From the IMG/VR virus record IMGVR_UViG_2880378312_000006: DNA of 64,000 nucleotides; one strand, 5' to 3'. The translations under genes and the position numbers were made by a program. Source of the stretch: a virus. Its lineage: Duplodnaviria > Heunggongvirae > Uroviricota > Caudoviricetes. The notes under the pieces are model-generated. The model was not told the DNA's origin, searched no databases, and worked only from the letters and a program-made list of their open reading frames with translations. Of this stretch, positions 38,115 to 51,995 are shown piece by piece (the stretch's first letter is position 1; every line of letters begins with the position of its first letter).

Positions 38115-38339
38115 TTAAGTAAACCTGTCTGAACAGGTTCTCTGGTCGTGTTTGTCTTTGTTGGGTACAAATTGAGAATATTTTTCATTAATTAATCTTC
38201 TTCTGCAGGCTTCAATAACCCACGCTGAAAAATTTCCTGAACCTTTCAGATCAAGAGCGATGTTAATTTGTTCAATCATCTGGTTTGGAAATCGGATGTT
38301 GCGGGTTGTTGTTCTGCGGGTTCTGTTCTTTGATGACAT
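38115..38339 (-). CDS. Small basic protein with ribbon-helix-helix-like signature (74 aa), opposite strand to the flanking late genes
   Basis: RNIRFPNQMIEQINIALD...NFSAWVIEACRRRL resembles a beta-strand plus two helices (Arc/CopG-like). Confidence 0.4.
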   Translation of the reverse strand: MSSKNRTRRTTTRNIRFPNQMIEQINIALDLKGSGNFSAWVIEACRRRLINEKYSQFVPNKDKHDQRTCSDRFT

Positions 38340-38537
38340 AATGTTGCCCCATATTCAGTGTTGCTGATTTGTATTATCTGAAGTTGCTTTTACGTTAATT
38401 TGATGCAGATCAATTAATACGATACCTGCGTCATAATTGATTATTTGACGTGGTTTGATGGCGTAGATGCACGTTGTGACATGTAGATGATAATTATTAT
38501 CATTTTGCGGGTCCTTTCCGGCGATCCGACCGGTTAC

Positions 38538-38549
38538 GGGGCGGCGACC
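38538..38549 (+). other. cos: cosN: lambda 12-nt cohesive end GGGCGGCGACCT
   Basis: 38531-38580 reads cggttacGGGGCGGCGACCTcgcgggttttcgctatttatgaaaattttccgg, matching the lambda cos sequence; lies 176 bp upstream of Nu1. Confidence 0.9.
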
Positions 38550-38646
38550 TCGCGGGTTTTCGCTATTTATGAAAATTTTCCGGGGAAAATCATGTCGGTA
38601 CTTCTCGAACATAACTATTTGTTTTTTCTAATATCGAATCCGTAAA

Positions 38647-38701
38647 GGTCCGACATGAAAACGCCTGAAAAAGTCATTTTCGGGCACTTTCATGTCGGAC
38701 C
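38647..38701. repeat. 14-bp perfect inverted repeat (ggtccgacatgaaa / tttcatgtcggacc) between cosN and Nu1, with a third CATGTCGG copy at 38591; candidate cosB (terminase small subunit binding) elements
   Basis: Read directly. Confidence 0.6.
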
Positions 38702-38725
38702 CTGTATTTGTTGTGAGACTGTTTC

Positions 38726-39245
38726 ATGAAGGTTAATAAAAAGAAACTTGCCGAAATTTTCAACGTGGATCCGCGAACGATTGAACGCTGGCAGTCTCAG
38801 GGGCTCCCTTGCGTCTCCGGAGGTGGTAAGGGCGTTGAATCTGTATTTGATACCGCCACGGCAATTCAGTGGTATGCGCAGAGGGAAGCTGATATCGAAA
38901 ATGAAAAACTCCGTAAAGAGGTTGAGGATTACAGGGCTGCCAGCGAGGCAGATCTCCAGCCTGGGACTATTGAGTACGAACGCCATCGACTTACGCGTGC
39001 GCAGGCTGACGCCCAGGAGCTGAAGAATGCCAGAGACTCCGCAGAAGTGGTGGAAACCGCATTCTGTACTTTCGTGCTGTCACGGATCGCAGGTGAAATT
39101 GCCAGTATTCTTGACGGGATCCCTCTCTCAGTACAGCGGCGTTTTCCGGAACTGGAAAACCGACATGTTGATTTCCTGAAACGGGATATCATCAAAGCCA
39201 TGAACAAAGCAGCCGCGCTGGATGAACTGATACCGGGGTTGCTGA

Positions 39246-39271
<26 letters not shown>
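38726..39271 (+). CDS. nu1: Terminase small subunit Nu1, 181 aa
   Basis: C-terminal two thirds nearly identical to lambda Nu1; N-terminal DNA-binding region diverged. Confidence 0.95.
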
Positions 39272-42952
<3,681 letters not shown>

Positions 42953-42972
<20 letters not shown>

Positions 42973-44272
42973 TCTCCCGCATATTGCCAGCATGGCTTTT
43001 AATGAGCCGCTGATGCTTGAACCCGCCTATGCGCGGGTTTTCTTTTGTGCGCTTGCAGGCCAGCTTGGGATCAGCCGCCTGACGGATGCAGTATCCGGCG
43101 ACAGCCTGACTGCCGGAGAGGCACCCGCGGCGCTGGCGTTATCCGGTGATGATGACGGACCACGACAGGCCCGGAGTTATCAGGTCATGAACGGCATCGC
43201 CGTGCTGCCGGTGTCCGGTACGCTGGTCAGCCGGACGCGGGCGCTGCAGCCGTATTCGGGAATGACCGGTTACAACGGCATTATCGCCCGTCTGCAACAG
43301 GCTGCCAGCGATCCGATGGTGGACGGCATTCTGCTCGATATGGACACACCGGGCGGGATGGTGGCGGGAGCATTTGACTGTGCTGACATCATCGCCCGTG
43401 TGCGAGACATAAAACCGGTATGGGCGCTGGCCAACGACATGAACTGCAGTGCAGGTCAGCTGCTTGCCAGCGCCGCCTCCCGGCGTCTGGTCACGCAGAC
43501 CGCCCGGACAGGCTCCATCGGCGTCATGATGGCTCACAGTAATTACGGTGCTGCCCTGGAGAAACAGGGCGTGGAAATCACGCTGATTTACAGCGGCAGC
43601 CATAAGGTGGATGGCAACCCCTACAGCCATCTACCGGGTGATGTCCGGGAAACACTGCAGTCCCGGATGGATGCAACCCGCCGGATGTTTGCGCAGAAGG
43701 TGTCGGCATATACCGGCCTGTCCGTGCAGGCTGTGCTGGATACCGAGGCTGCAGTGTACAGCGGTCAGGAGGCCATTGATGCCGGACTGGCTGATGAACT
43801 TGTCAACAGCACCGATGCGATCACCGTTATGCGTGATGCACTGGATGCACGTAAATCCCGTCTCTCAGGAGGGCGAATGACCAAAGAGACTCAATCAACA
43901 ACTGTTTCAGCCACTGCTTCGCAGGCTGACGTTACTGGCGTGGTGCCAGCGACGGAGGGCGAAAACGCCAGCGCGGCGCAGCCGGACGTGAACGCGCAGA
44001 TCACCGCTGCGGTTGCGGCAGAAAACAGCCGCATTATGGGGATCCTCAACTGTGAGGAGGCTCACGGACGCGAAGAACAGGCCCGCGTGCTGGCAGAAAC
44101 CCCCGGTATGACCGTGGAAACGGCCCGCCGCATTCTGGCCGCAGCACCACAGAGTGCACAGGCGCGCAGTGATACTGCGCTGGATCGTCTGATGCAGGGG
44201 GCACCGGCACCGCTGGCTGCAGGTAACCCGGCATCTGATGCCGTTAACGATTTGCTGAACACACCAGTGTAA
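42953..44272 (+). CDS. C: Prohead protease / scaffold gpC (Nu3 in-frame within its 3' part), GTG start
   Basis: Translation from the GTG at 42953 (VTAELRNLPHIASMAFNEPLMLEPAYARVFF...) is near-identical to lambda gpC. Confidence 0.9.
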
Positions 44273-44281
44273 GGGATGTTT

Positions 44282-44614
44282 ATGACGAGCAAAGAAACCT
44301 TTACCCATTACCAGCCGCTGGGCAACAGTGACCCGGCTCATACCGCAACCGCGCCCGGCGGATTGAGTGCGAAAGCGCCTGCAATGACCCCGCTGATGCT
44401 GGACACCTCCAGCCGTAAGCTGGTTGCGTGGGATGGCACCACCGACGGTGCTGCCGTTGGCATTCTTGCGGTTGCTGCTGACCAGACCAGCACCACGCTG
44501 ACGTTCTACAAGTCCGGCACGTTCCGTTATGAGGATGTGCTCTGGCCGGAGGCTGCCAGCGACGAGACGAAAAAACGGACCGCGTTTGCCGGAACGGCAA
44601 TCAGCATCGTTTAA
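44282..44614 (+). CDS. D: Head decoration protein gpD, 110 aa
   Basis: [27 protein letters not shown]... near-identical to lambda gpD; terminator hairpin follows at 44636-44656. Confidence 0.95.
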   Translation: MTSKETFTHYQPLGNSDPAHTATAPGGLSAKAPAMTPLMLDTSSRKLVAWDGTTDGAAVGILAVAADQTSTTLTFYKSGTFRYEDVLWPEAASDETKKRTAFAGTAISIV

Positions 44615-44669
44615 CCTGACCCTTCATCACTAAAGGCCGCCTGTGCGGCTTTTTTTACGGGATTTTTTT

Positions 44670-45695
44670 ATGTCGATGTACACAACCGCCCAACTGCTGG
44701 CGGCAAATGAGCAGAAATTTAAGTTTGATCCGCTGTTTCTGCGTCTCTTTTTCCGTGAGAGCTATCCCTTCACCACGGAGAAAGTCTATCTCTCACAAAT
44801 TCCGGGACTGGTAAACATGGCGCTGTACGTTTCGCCGATTGTTTCTGGTGAGGTTATCCGTTCCCGTGGCGGCTCCACCTCTGAATTTACGCCGGGATAT
44901 GTCAAGCCGAAGCATGAAGTGAATCCGCAGATGACCCTGCGTCGCCTGCCGGATGAAGATCCGCAGAATCTGGCGGACCCGGCTTACCGCCGCCGTCGCA
45001 TCATCATGCAGAACATGCGTGACGAAGAGCTGGCCATTGCTCAGGTCGAAGAGATGCAGGCAGTTTCTGCCGTGCTCAAGGGCAAATACACCATGACCGG
45101 TGAAGCCTTCGATCCGGTTGAGGTGGATATGGGCCGCAGTGCGGCGAACAACATCACGCAGTCCGGCGGCACGGAGTGGAGCAAGCGTGACAAGTCCACG
45201 TATGACCCGACCGACGATATCGAAGCCTACGCGCTGAACGCCAGCGGCGTGGTGAATATCATCGTGTTTGACCCGAAAGGCTGGGCGCTGTTCCGTTCCT
45301 TCAAAGCCGTCAGGGAGAAGCTGGATACCCGTCGCGGCTCTCATTCCGAACTGGAGACAGCGGTAAAAGACCTGGGCAAAGCGGTGTCTTATAAGGGAAT
45401 GTATGGCGATGTGGCCATCGTCGTGTATTCCGGACAGTACGTGGAAAACGGCGTCAAAAAGAACTTCCTGCCGGACAACACGATGGTGCTGGGGAACACT
45501 CAGGCACGCGGTCTGCGCACCTATGGCTGCATTCAGGATGCGGACGCACAGCGCGAAGGCATTAACGCCTCTGCCCGTTACCCGAAAAACTGGGTGACCA
45601 CCGGCGATCCGGCGCGTGAGTTCACCATGATTCAGTCAGCACCGCTGATGCTGCTGGCTGCCCCTGATGAGTTCGTGTCCGTACAACTGGCGTAA
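44670..45695 (+). CDS. E: Major capsid protein gpE, 341 aa
   Basis: MSMYTTAQLLAANEQKFKFDPLFLR... near-identical to lambda gpE; hairpin plus T-run at 45698-45721. Confidence 0.95.
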   Translation: MSMYTTAQLLAANEQKFKFDPLFLRLFFRESYPFTTEKVYLSQIPGLVNMALYVSPIVSGEVIRSRGGSTSEFTPGYVKPKHEVNPQMTLRRLPDEDPQNLADPAYRRRRIIMQNMRDEELAIAQVEEMQAVSAVLKGKYTMTGEAFDPVEVDMGRSAANNITQSGGTEWSKRDKSTYDPTDDIEAYALNASGVVNIIVFDPKGWALFRSFKAVREKLDTRRGSHSELETAVKDLGKAVSYKGMYGDVAIVVYSGQYVENGVKKNFLPDNTMVLGNTQARGLRTYGCIQDADAQREGINASARYPKNWVTTGDPAREFTMIQSAPLMLLAAPDEFVSVQLA

Positions 45696-45736
45696 TCATG
45701 GCCCTTCGGGGCCATTGTTTTTCTGTGGAGGAGTCC

Positions 45737-46135
45737 ATGACGAAAGATGAACTGATTGCCCGTCTCCGCTCGCTGGGTGAACAACTGAACCGTGATGTCA
45801 GCCTGACGGGGACGAAAGAAGAACTGGCGCTCCGTGTGGCAGAGCTGGAAGAGGAGCTTGATGACACGGATGAAACTGCCGGTCAGGACACCCCTCTCAG
45901 CCGGGAAAATGTGCTGACCGGACATGAAAATGAGGTGGGATCAGCGCAGCCGGATACCGTGATTCTGGATACGTCTGAACTGGTCACGGTCGTGGCACTG
46001 GTGAAGCTGCATACTGATGCACTTCACGTCACGCGGGATGAACCTGTGGCATTTGTGCTGCCGGGAACGGCGTTTCGTGTCTCTGCCGGTGTGGCAGCCG
46101 AAATGACAGAGCGCGGCCTGGCCAGAATGCAATAA
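45737..46135 (+). CDS. FI: DNA packaging protein FI, 132 aa
   Basis: MTKDELIARLRSLGEQLNRDVSLTGTKEEL... near-identical to lambda FI. Confidence 0.9.
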   Translation: MTKDELIARLRSLGEQLNRDVSLTGTKEELALRVAELEEELDDTDETAGQDTPLSRENVLTGHENEVGSAQPDTVILDTSELVTVVALVKLHTDALHVTRDEPVAFVLPGTAFRVSAGVAAEMTERGLARMQ

Positions 46136-46146
46136 CGGGAGGCGCT

Positions 46147-46500
46147 GTGGCTGATTTCGATAACCTGTTCGATGCTGCCATTGCCCGCGCCGATGAAACG
46201 ATACGCGGGTACATGGGAACGTCAGCCACCATGACATCCGGTGAGCGGTCCGGCGCAGTAATACGTGGTGTTTTTGATGACCCTGAAAATATCAGCTATG
46301 CCGGACAGGGCGTGCGCGTTGAAGGCTCCAGCCCGTCCCTGTTTGTCCGGACTGATGATGTGCGGCAACTGCGGCGTGGTGACACGCTGACCATTAACGG
46401 CGAGATGTTCTGGGTGGACCGTGTTTCTCCGGATGACGGAGGGAGTTGTTATCTCTGGCTCAACCGTGGGCAACCACCGGCAGTTAACCGGCGACGATAA
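46147..46500 (+). CDS. FII: Head completion protein FII, 117 aa
   Basis: Near-identical to lambda FII. Confidence 0.9.
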   Translation: MADFDNLFDAAIARADETIRGYMGTSATMTSGERSGAVIRGVFDDPENISYAGQGVRVEGSSPSLFVRTDDVRQLRRGDTLTINGEMFWVDRVSPDDGGSCYLWLNRGQPPAVNRRR

Positions 46501-46514
46501 ACGCAGGGTGAATT

Positions 46515-47048
46515 ATGGCGATAAAAGGGCTTGATCAGGCGATTGAAAATCTGAGCCGGGTTCGTAAAAACGCCATTCCGGCGGCTTCAGCAATGGCCAT
46601 TAACCGCGTGGCCACAACGGCGATTAATCAGTCTTCATCACAGGTTGCCCGGGAGACAAAGGTACGCCGGAAACTGGTAAAGGAACGGTCCAGACTGAAA
46701 CGGGCCACGGTCAGAAATCCGAATGCCAGAATTATCGTTAAACGCGGTGATCTCCCTGTGATTAAGCTGGGGATCAGGATGCTGGGCCGTCGTCCGGACA
46801 GCATACTTAAAGCTGGTCAGCATCGGTATCAGCGGGCATTTATCCAGCGATTAAAAAATGGTCGCTGGCATGTCATGCAGCGTGTGGCCGGGAAAAACCG
46901 TTACCCCATTGATGTGGTGAAAATCCCGATGGCGGCCCCACTGAAACAGGCGTTTGATGAGAATATTGACCGTATCCGGCGTGAACGTCTGCCCGGAGAA
47001 CTGGCATACGCGCTGAAACAACAACTTAGGATTGCGATAAAACGATGA
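46515..47048 (+). CDS. Z: Tail completion protein gpZ, 177 aa
   Basis: Lambda order; gpZ-like N- and C-terminal regions. Confidence 0.85.
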   Translation: MAIKGLDQAIENLSRVRKNAIPAASAMAINRVATTAINQSSSQVARETKVRRKLVKERSRLKRATVRNPNARIIVKRGDLPVIKLGIRMLGRRPDSILKAGQHRYQRAFIQRLKNGRWHVMQRVAGKNRYPIDVVKIPMAAPLKQAFDENIDRIRRERLPGELAYALKQQLRIAIKR

Positions 47049-47440
47049 AACATACTGATATCCGTGCGGCAGTGCTGGATGCACTGGAGCTGCATGAACA
47101 CGGGGCGACGCTGTTTGATGGTCGCCCCGTTGTTTTTGACGAAGAGGATTTTCCGGCCGTCGCGGTTTATCTGACGGATGCAGAGTATACCGGTGAAGAG
47201 CTGGATGCAGATACCTGGCGGGCCACACTGCATATTGAGGTGTTTTTACCGGCACAGGTACCGGATTCGGAGCTTGATCAGTGGATGGAAAGCCGGATTT
47301 ATCCGGCGGTGACTGCGATCCCGGCACTGGCAGACCTGATTACGACGATGGTTACGCAGGGCTATGAGTATCGTCGTGATGACGATATGGCGTTATGGAG
47401 TTCTGCGGATCTGACTTATTCCATTACATACGAGATGTGA
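47045..47440 (+). CDS. U: Tail terminator gpU, 131 aa
   Basis: Lambda order and size. Confidence 0.85.
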   Translation: MKHTDIRAAVLDALELHEHGATLFDGRPVVFDEEDFPAVAVYLTDAEYTGEELDADTWRATLHIEVFLPAQVPDSELDQWMESRIYPAVTAIPALADLITTMVTQGYEYRRDDDMALWSSADLTYSITYEM

Positions 47441-47447
47441 GGACGAT

Positions 47448-48200
47448 ATGGCAACACCAAATCCCCTTGAGCCGGTAAAAGGTGCCGGTACCACTCTGTG
47501 GGTTTACAACGGCAAGGGTGATGCTTATGCAAACCCGTTGTCAGACGATGACTGGCAGCGACTGGCTAAGGTGAAGGATCTGACGCCGGGCGAGATGACG
47601 GCAGAACCCTACGATGATAACTACCTGGATGATGAAGACGCGGACTGGACCGCGACCGGGCAGGGGCAGAAGTCTGCAGGAGATACCAGTTTTACGCTGG
47701 CCTGGAAACCGGGAGAAGAAGGTCAGAAAGGGCTTATAGGCTGGTTTGAAAGCGGGGATGTGCGGGCCTATAAAATCCGTTTCCCAAATGGCACGGTGGA
47801 TGTGTTCCGTGGCTGGGTCAGCAGTATCGGTAAGGCCGTGACGGCGAAAGAAGTGATCACCCGCACGGTGAAAGTCACTAACGTGGGCAAACCTTCCGTG
47901 GCGGAAGAACGCAGCGAAATTACGCCGGCCACTGCAATTAAGGTGACACCGACATCCGGTACGGTGGCAAAAGGGAAAACAACCACCCTGACTGTTTCTT
48001 TTGAGCCGGAAAGTGCAACCGACAAGACGTTCAGAGCGGTTTCCGCCGATCCGTCGAAAGCCACCATTAGTGTGAAAGATATGACAATTACGGTAAACGG
48101 CGTGGCGACAGGTAAGGTGCAGATCCCTGTGGTGAGCGGAAATGGTCAGTTCGCCGCAGTGGCTGAAGTCACCGTTACTGAAGCGGGCGCTGCAGGGTAA
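47448..48200 (+). CDS. V: Major tail tube protein gpV, 250 aa
   Basis: Lambda order and size; C-terminal Ig-like region. Confidence 0.9.
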   Translation: MATPNPLEPVKGAGTTLWVYNGKGDAYANPLSDDDWQRLAKVKDLTPGEMTAEPYDDNYLDDEDADWTATGQGQKSAGDTSFTLAWKPGEEGQKGLIGWFESGDVRAYKIRFPNGTVDVFRGWVSSIGKAVTAKEVITRTVKVTNVGKPSVAEERSEITPATAIKVTPTSGTVAKGKTTTLTVSFEPESATDKTFRAVSADPSKATISVKDMTITVNGVATGKVQIPVVSGNGQFAAVAEVTVTEAGAAG

Positions 48201-48213
48201 ACGGAGGTAATAC

Positions 48214-48636
48214 ATGTTTCTGAAAACAGAACAATTTGAATATAACGGTGTGTCCGTCACGCTTTCCGAATTGTCTGCGCTGCAGCGGTTTGATTATATA
48301 AAGTTTGTTTCAGACGCAGAACAACAGGAGACAACGAAGCATGATGTCGTGCACATTAACCAGCGATATCTGGAAACGGCATCCCTGCTTGTGGCGATGT
48401 CGCTATGGCATTCCCATTCCCTCAAAGGCACTCTGGCCTCTCCGGAGACAGAGATGCAGCAGATCCGCCGTGAAGTGATGCTGGGATGGCCTGCTGATGC
48501 ACTGAATCAGGCAACGAACCGGGTGCTTTATCTTTCAGGTATGCTGGATAACCGGCACGATGCCGATCCTGAACAAACCGGTAAAGCAGAAGCGACTGAG
48601 TCGGTAACATCAAAAAAGCATTCGAAGGCGAGCTGA
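48214..48636 (+). CDS. G: Tail assembly chaperone gpG, 140 aa
   Basis: MFLKTEQFEYNGVSVTLSELSALQR... matches lambda gpG. Confidence 0.9.
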   Translation: MFLKTEQFEYNGVSVTLSELSALQRFDYIKFVSDAEQQETTKHDVVHINQRYLETASLLVAMSLWHSHSLKGTLASPETEMQQIRREVMLGWPADALNQATNRVLYLSGMLDNRHDADPEQTGKAEATESVTSKKHSKAS

Positions 48637-49076
48637 ACTTTGTCCTGAAACTGGCGCGAGAGATGGGGAGACCCGACTGGCGCGCCATGCTTGCCGGGAT
48701 GACATCCACCGAATATGCCGACTGGCGACGTTTTTACTGCACGCATTATTTTCAGGATACCCAACTGGACGCTCATTTTTCCGGGCTGATGTACGCCGTA
48801 CTCAGCCTGTTTTTTGGCGATCCGGATATGCATCCGGCGGATTTCAGTCTGCTTGCTCCAGCGTGTGAGGAAGAGCAGACGGAGATGCCGGACGAGGAAG
48901 AAATGCTGATGCAGAAAGCGACAGGAGTTGCCGGAGGCGTCCGGTTCGGAGGGGACGGAGGGCGCGATATTTCACCTTCTGCGGATGTGGTGGATGTCAG
49001 CGAGGATGATGTTGCATTAATGATGGCTTCAGCGGGGATTTCCGGAGGTGTGAGATATGTCCCAGCCAGCGGGTGA
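48214..49076 (+). CDS. G-T: Tail assembly chaperone G-T fusion, made by programmed -1 ribosomal frameshift at the slippery heptamer AAAAAAG (48612-48618)
   Basis: The -1 frame after the heptamer continues as ...KAFEGELNFVLKLAREMGRPDWRAMLAGM..., matching lambda gpT; heptamer is in X XXY YYZ phase with the G frame. Confidence 0.8.
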
Positions 49077-51669
49077 TCTGGTTATTGATTTGAGTCTGGA
49101 TGCGGCCCGGTTTGATGAACAGATGGCCCGGGTACGCCGTCATTTTTCCAGTCTGGAGGCGGATGCCAGAAAAACCGCCAGTACTGTTGAACAGGGGCTG
49201 AGCCGACAGGCGCTGGCGGCACAAAAAGCCGGGATATCAGTCGGACAGTATAAGGCTGCCATGCGCACACTGCCCGCACAGTTCACGGATATTGTCACTC
49301 AGCTTGCCGGTGGTCAGAATCCCTTCCTTATCATGCTGCAGCAGGGGGGGCAGATCAGCGATTCATTCGGTGGACCGCTCAGCCTGCTTACCCTGCTGAA
49401 GGAGGAACTTCTCGGGATCAGGGATGCCTCTGAATCATCAGAGGAGTCGCTGTCAGATACGGCAAATGCACTGGCTGAAAATGCCCGGAATGCCGGTGAG
49501 CTGGGACGATTTATGTCGGTGGCCCGTGTGGCGGCAGGTGGCGGGGTTGCCGTACTGGCCGCGCTTGCTGCCGCCGCCTGGCAGGCAGAGCAGGCTGACC
49601 GGGCCTTATTGCGTTCACTGATCCTGACCGGAGGGGCGGCTGCCACCACAACGGCAGAATTGTGGAAAATGGCCGGGGTGATCAGCGATGAAGCCGGTGG
49701 TGGTATCAGACAGGCGGCAGAAAATCTGGCCCGTCTGGCAGAAAGCGGGAAATATACCGCCGGGCAGCTACGGATCATGGGGGAAACCTCTCAGAGATGG
49801 CTGCAGACGGTGGGGGACGATGCCGGGAAGGTGGAAAAAGCCTTTGAAGGGATTGCAGCAGATCCGGTGAAGGCGCTGGCCTCCCTGAATCAGCAGTATA
49901 ACTTCCTGAGCGTTTCCCAGTTACGCCATATTGATGAGCTTGAGCGCACGAAAGGTAAACAGGTTGCGGTGACGGAGGCGATGTCCCTGTTTGCGGATGT
50001 CATGAATGCACGTCTGGAGCAACTTGATAAAGCGGCCACGCCGGTGGAAAAAATCTGGGACGATGTTAAAACCTGGACTTCTGACGCATGGGCATGGATA
50101 GGTGATCATACACTGGGGGCACTCAGTCTGATCACTGACGTGGTGGCCGGAACCGTTGAACAAGTGAAGCTGCTGCTTGTGCAGGGGGATCTGGCGCTGG
50201 CTGAATTTATTCAGTCAGCCTGGGAAACGACAAAGAATGTGCCCGGCGTTGGTGCGTTGTTTGGTGAACTGGCAGAAGAGAACCGCGTATTTATTGAGAA
50301 AACAAAACGCGATGAACTGGCGCTGAGAAAATCCATTGCGGAACGGGATGCGCGTATACGCCAGGGGGAAATGGGGTACATCAACCGCTCGCGTGCAACA
50401 GGCGTCAGCAAAGGTCCGGGGCAGCAGGAAGCCGTCAGCCGTCTGGCTGAAGAGCTGACAGGTAAAAAGCATACATCACCGAAAACGCGCTCTGCCGGGG
50501 AGAGGGAAGAGGAGCAGGCAAGAGAGGCTCTGCTTGCCCTTGAAGCTGAGCTCAGGACGCTGGAAAAACACAGCGGTGCGAATGAGAAAATCAGCCGGCA
50601 GCGCCGTGATTTATGGAAGGCGGAAAGTCAGTATGCGGTCCTGAAAGAGGCTGCCACGAAACGACAGTTATCTGAGCAGGAAAAATCCCTGCTGGCGCAT
50701 AAAGACGAGACGCTGGAGTACAAACGCCAGCTGGCTGAGCTGGGCGACAAGGTTGAATACCAGAAACGCCTGAATGAGCTGGCACAGCAGGCGGTGCGGT
50801 TTGAAGAGCAGCAGAGCGCGAAGCAGGCCGCCATCAGCGCAAAAGCCCGCGGTCTCACTGACCGTCAGGCGCAGCGGGAGTCTGAAGCGCAGCGTCTTCG
50901 GGACGTGTACGGTGATAATCCGGCTGCGCTGGCGAAGGCCACATCGGCACTGAAGAACACCAGGTCTGCGGAGGAGCAGCTTCGTGGAAGCTGGATGGCC
51001 GGGCTGAAGTCCGGCTGGGGCGAGTGGGCGGAAAGTGCGACGGACAGTTTTTCGCAGGTTAAAAGTGCTGCCACGCAGACCTTTGACGGTATTGCACAGA
51101 ATATGGCGGCGATGCTGACCGGTGCAGAGGCAGACTGGCGGGGATTCACCCGTTCGGTGCTGTCCATGATGACAGAAATCCTGCTTAAACAGGCCATGGT
51201 GGGCATTGTCGGGCGTATCGGCAGCGCCATTGGCGGTGCTTTCGGTGGTGGTGCATCTGCTTCCTCGGGGACGGCCATTCAGGCTGCGGCGGCGAACTTC
51301 CATTTCGCGACCGGAGGATTTACGGGGACGGGCGGCAAATATGAGCCTGCGGGGATAGTTCACCGCGGGGAGTTTGTTTTCACGAAAGAGGCAACCAGCC
51401 GGATAGGTGTGGGGAATCTTTACCGTCTGATGCGCGGCTATGCGGAAGGTGGTTATGTGGGTGGTGCCGGAAGTCCGGCGCAGATGCGGCGGGCGGAAGG
51501 TATTAATTTTAATCAGAACAATCACGTGGTGATTCAGAACGACGGCACCAACGGACAGGCGGGGCCGCAGCTGATGAAGGCGGTGTATGACATGGCCCGC
51601 AAGGGGGCGCAGGATGAGCTCCGGCTGCAGTTGCGTGATGGCGGTATGTTATCGGGGAGCGGGCGATGA
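49057..51669 (+). CDS. H: Tail tape measure protein gpH, 870 aa
   Basis: Lambda order; long alpha-helical protein. Confidence 0.9.
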   Translation: MSQPAGDLVIDLSLDAARFDEQMARVRRHFSSLEADARKTASTVEQGLSRQALAAQKAGISVGQYKAAMRTLPAQFTDIVTQLAGGQNPFLIMLQQGGQISDSFGGPLSLLTLLKEELLGIRDASESSEESLSDTANALAENARNAGELGRFMSVARVAAGGGVAVLAALAAAAWQAEQADRALLRSLILTGGAAATTTAELWKMAGVISDEAGGGIRQAAENLARLAESGKYTAGQLRIMGETSQRWLQTVGDDAGKVEKAFEGIAADPVKALASLNQQYNFLSVSQLRHIDELERTKGKQVAVTEAMSLFADVMNARLEQLDKAATPVEKIWDDVKTWTSDAWAWIGDHTLGALSLITDVVAGTVEQVKLLLVQGDLALAEFIQSAWETTKNVPGVGALFGELAEENRVFIEKTKRDELALRKSIAERDARIRQGEMGYINRSRATGVSKGPGQQEAVSRLAEELTGKKHTSPKTRSAGEREEEQAREALLALEAELRTLEKHSGANEKISRQRRDLWKAESQYAVLKEAATKRQLSEQEKSLLAHKDETLEYKRQLAELGDKVEYQKRLNELAQQAVRFEEQQSAKQAAISAKARGLTDRQAQRESEAQRLRDVYGDNPAALAKATSALKNTRSAEEQLRGSWMAGLKSGWGEWAESATDSFSQVKSAATQTFDGIAQNMAAMLTGAEADWRGFTRSVLSMMTEILLKQAMVGIVGRIGSAIGGAFGGGASASSGTAIQAAAANFHFATGGFTGTGGKYEPAGIVHRGEFVFTKEATSRIGVGNLYRLMRGYAEGGYVGGAGSPAQMRRAEGINFNQNNHVVIQNDGTNGQAGPQLMKAVYDMARKGAQDELRLQLRDGGMLSGSGR

Positions 51670-51995
51670 AAACCTTTCGCTGGAAAGTGAAGCCGGATAT
51701 GGAGGTGAACTCGCAGCCATCGGTGCGTGAAGTGCGTTTTGGTGACGGGTACTCACAGCGTATGGCGGCAGGGCTGAATGCTGACCTGAAAACATACCGT
51801 GTGACGCTTTCCGTGACCCGGGAGGAGGCCCGGCATCTGGAAGCGTTCCTGGCAGAGCACGGAGGCTGGAAGGCATTTTTGTGGAAGCCACCCTATGCAT
51901 ACCGGCAGATAAAGGTGACCTGTGCCGGGTGGTCTGCGCGGGTCGGGATGTTGCGCGTTGAGTTCAGCGCGGAGTTTAAGCAGGTGGTGAACTGA
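51666..51995 (+). CDS. M: Tail tip protein gpM, 109 aa
   Basis: Lambda order and size. Confidence 0.9.
   Translation: MKTFRWKVKPDMEVNSQPSVREVRFGDGYSQRMAAGLNADLKTYRVTLSVTREEARHLEAFLAEHGGWKAFLWKPPYAYRQIKVTCAGWSARVGMLRVEFSAEFKQVVN

Noticed and set aside
38355-38612. 85-aa reverse-strand ORF upstream of Nu1
   Set aside because: It spans the cos site (cosN at 38538-38549), so it would be split in virion DNA; odd composition and no RBS.
50668-51525. 285-aa reverse-strand ORF inside the tape-measure gene (and similar antisense ORFs inside the terminase, portal, C and J genes)
   Set aside because: Embedded antisense within lambda-like structural genes that are conserved nearly residue for residue; these are shadow frames in GC-rich coding DNA.
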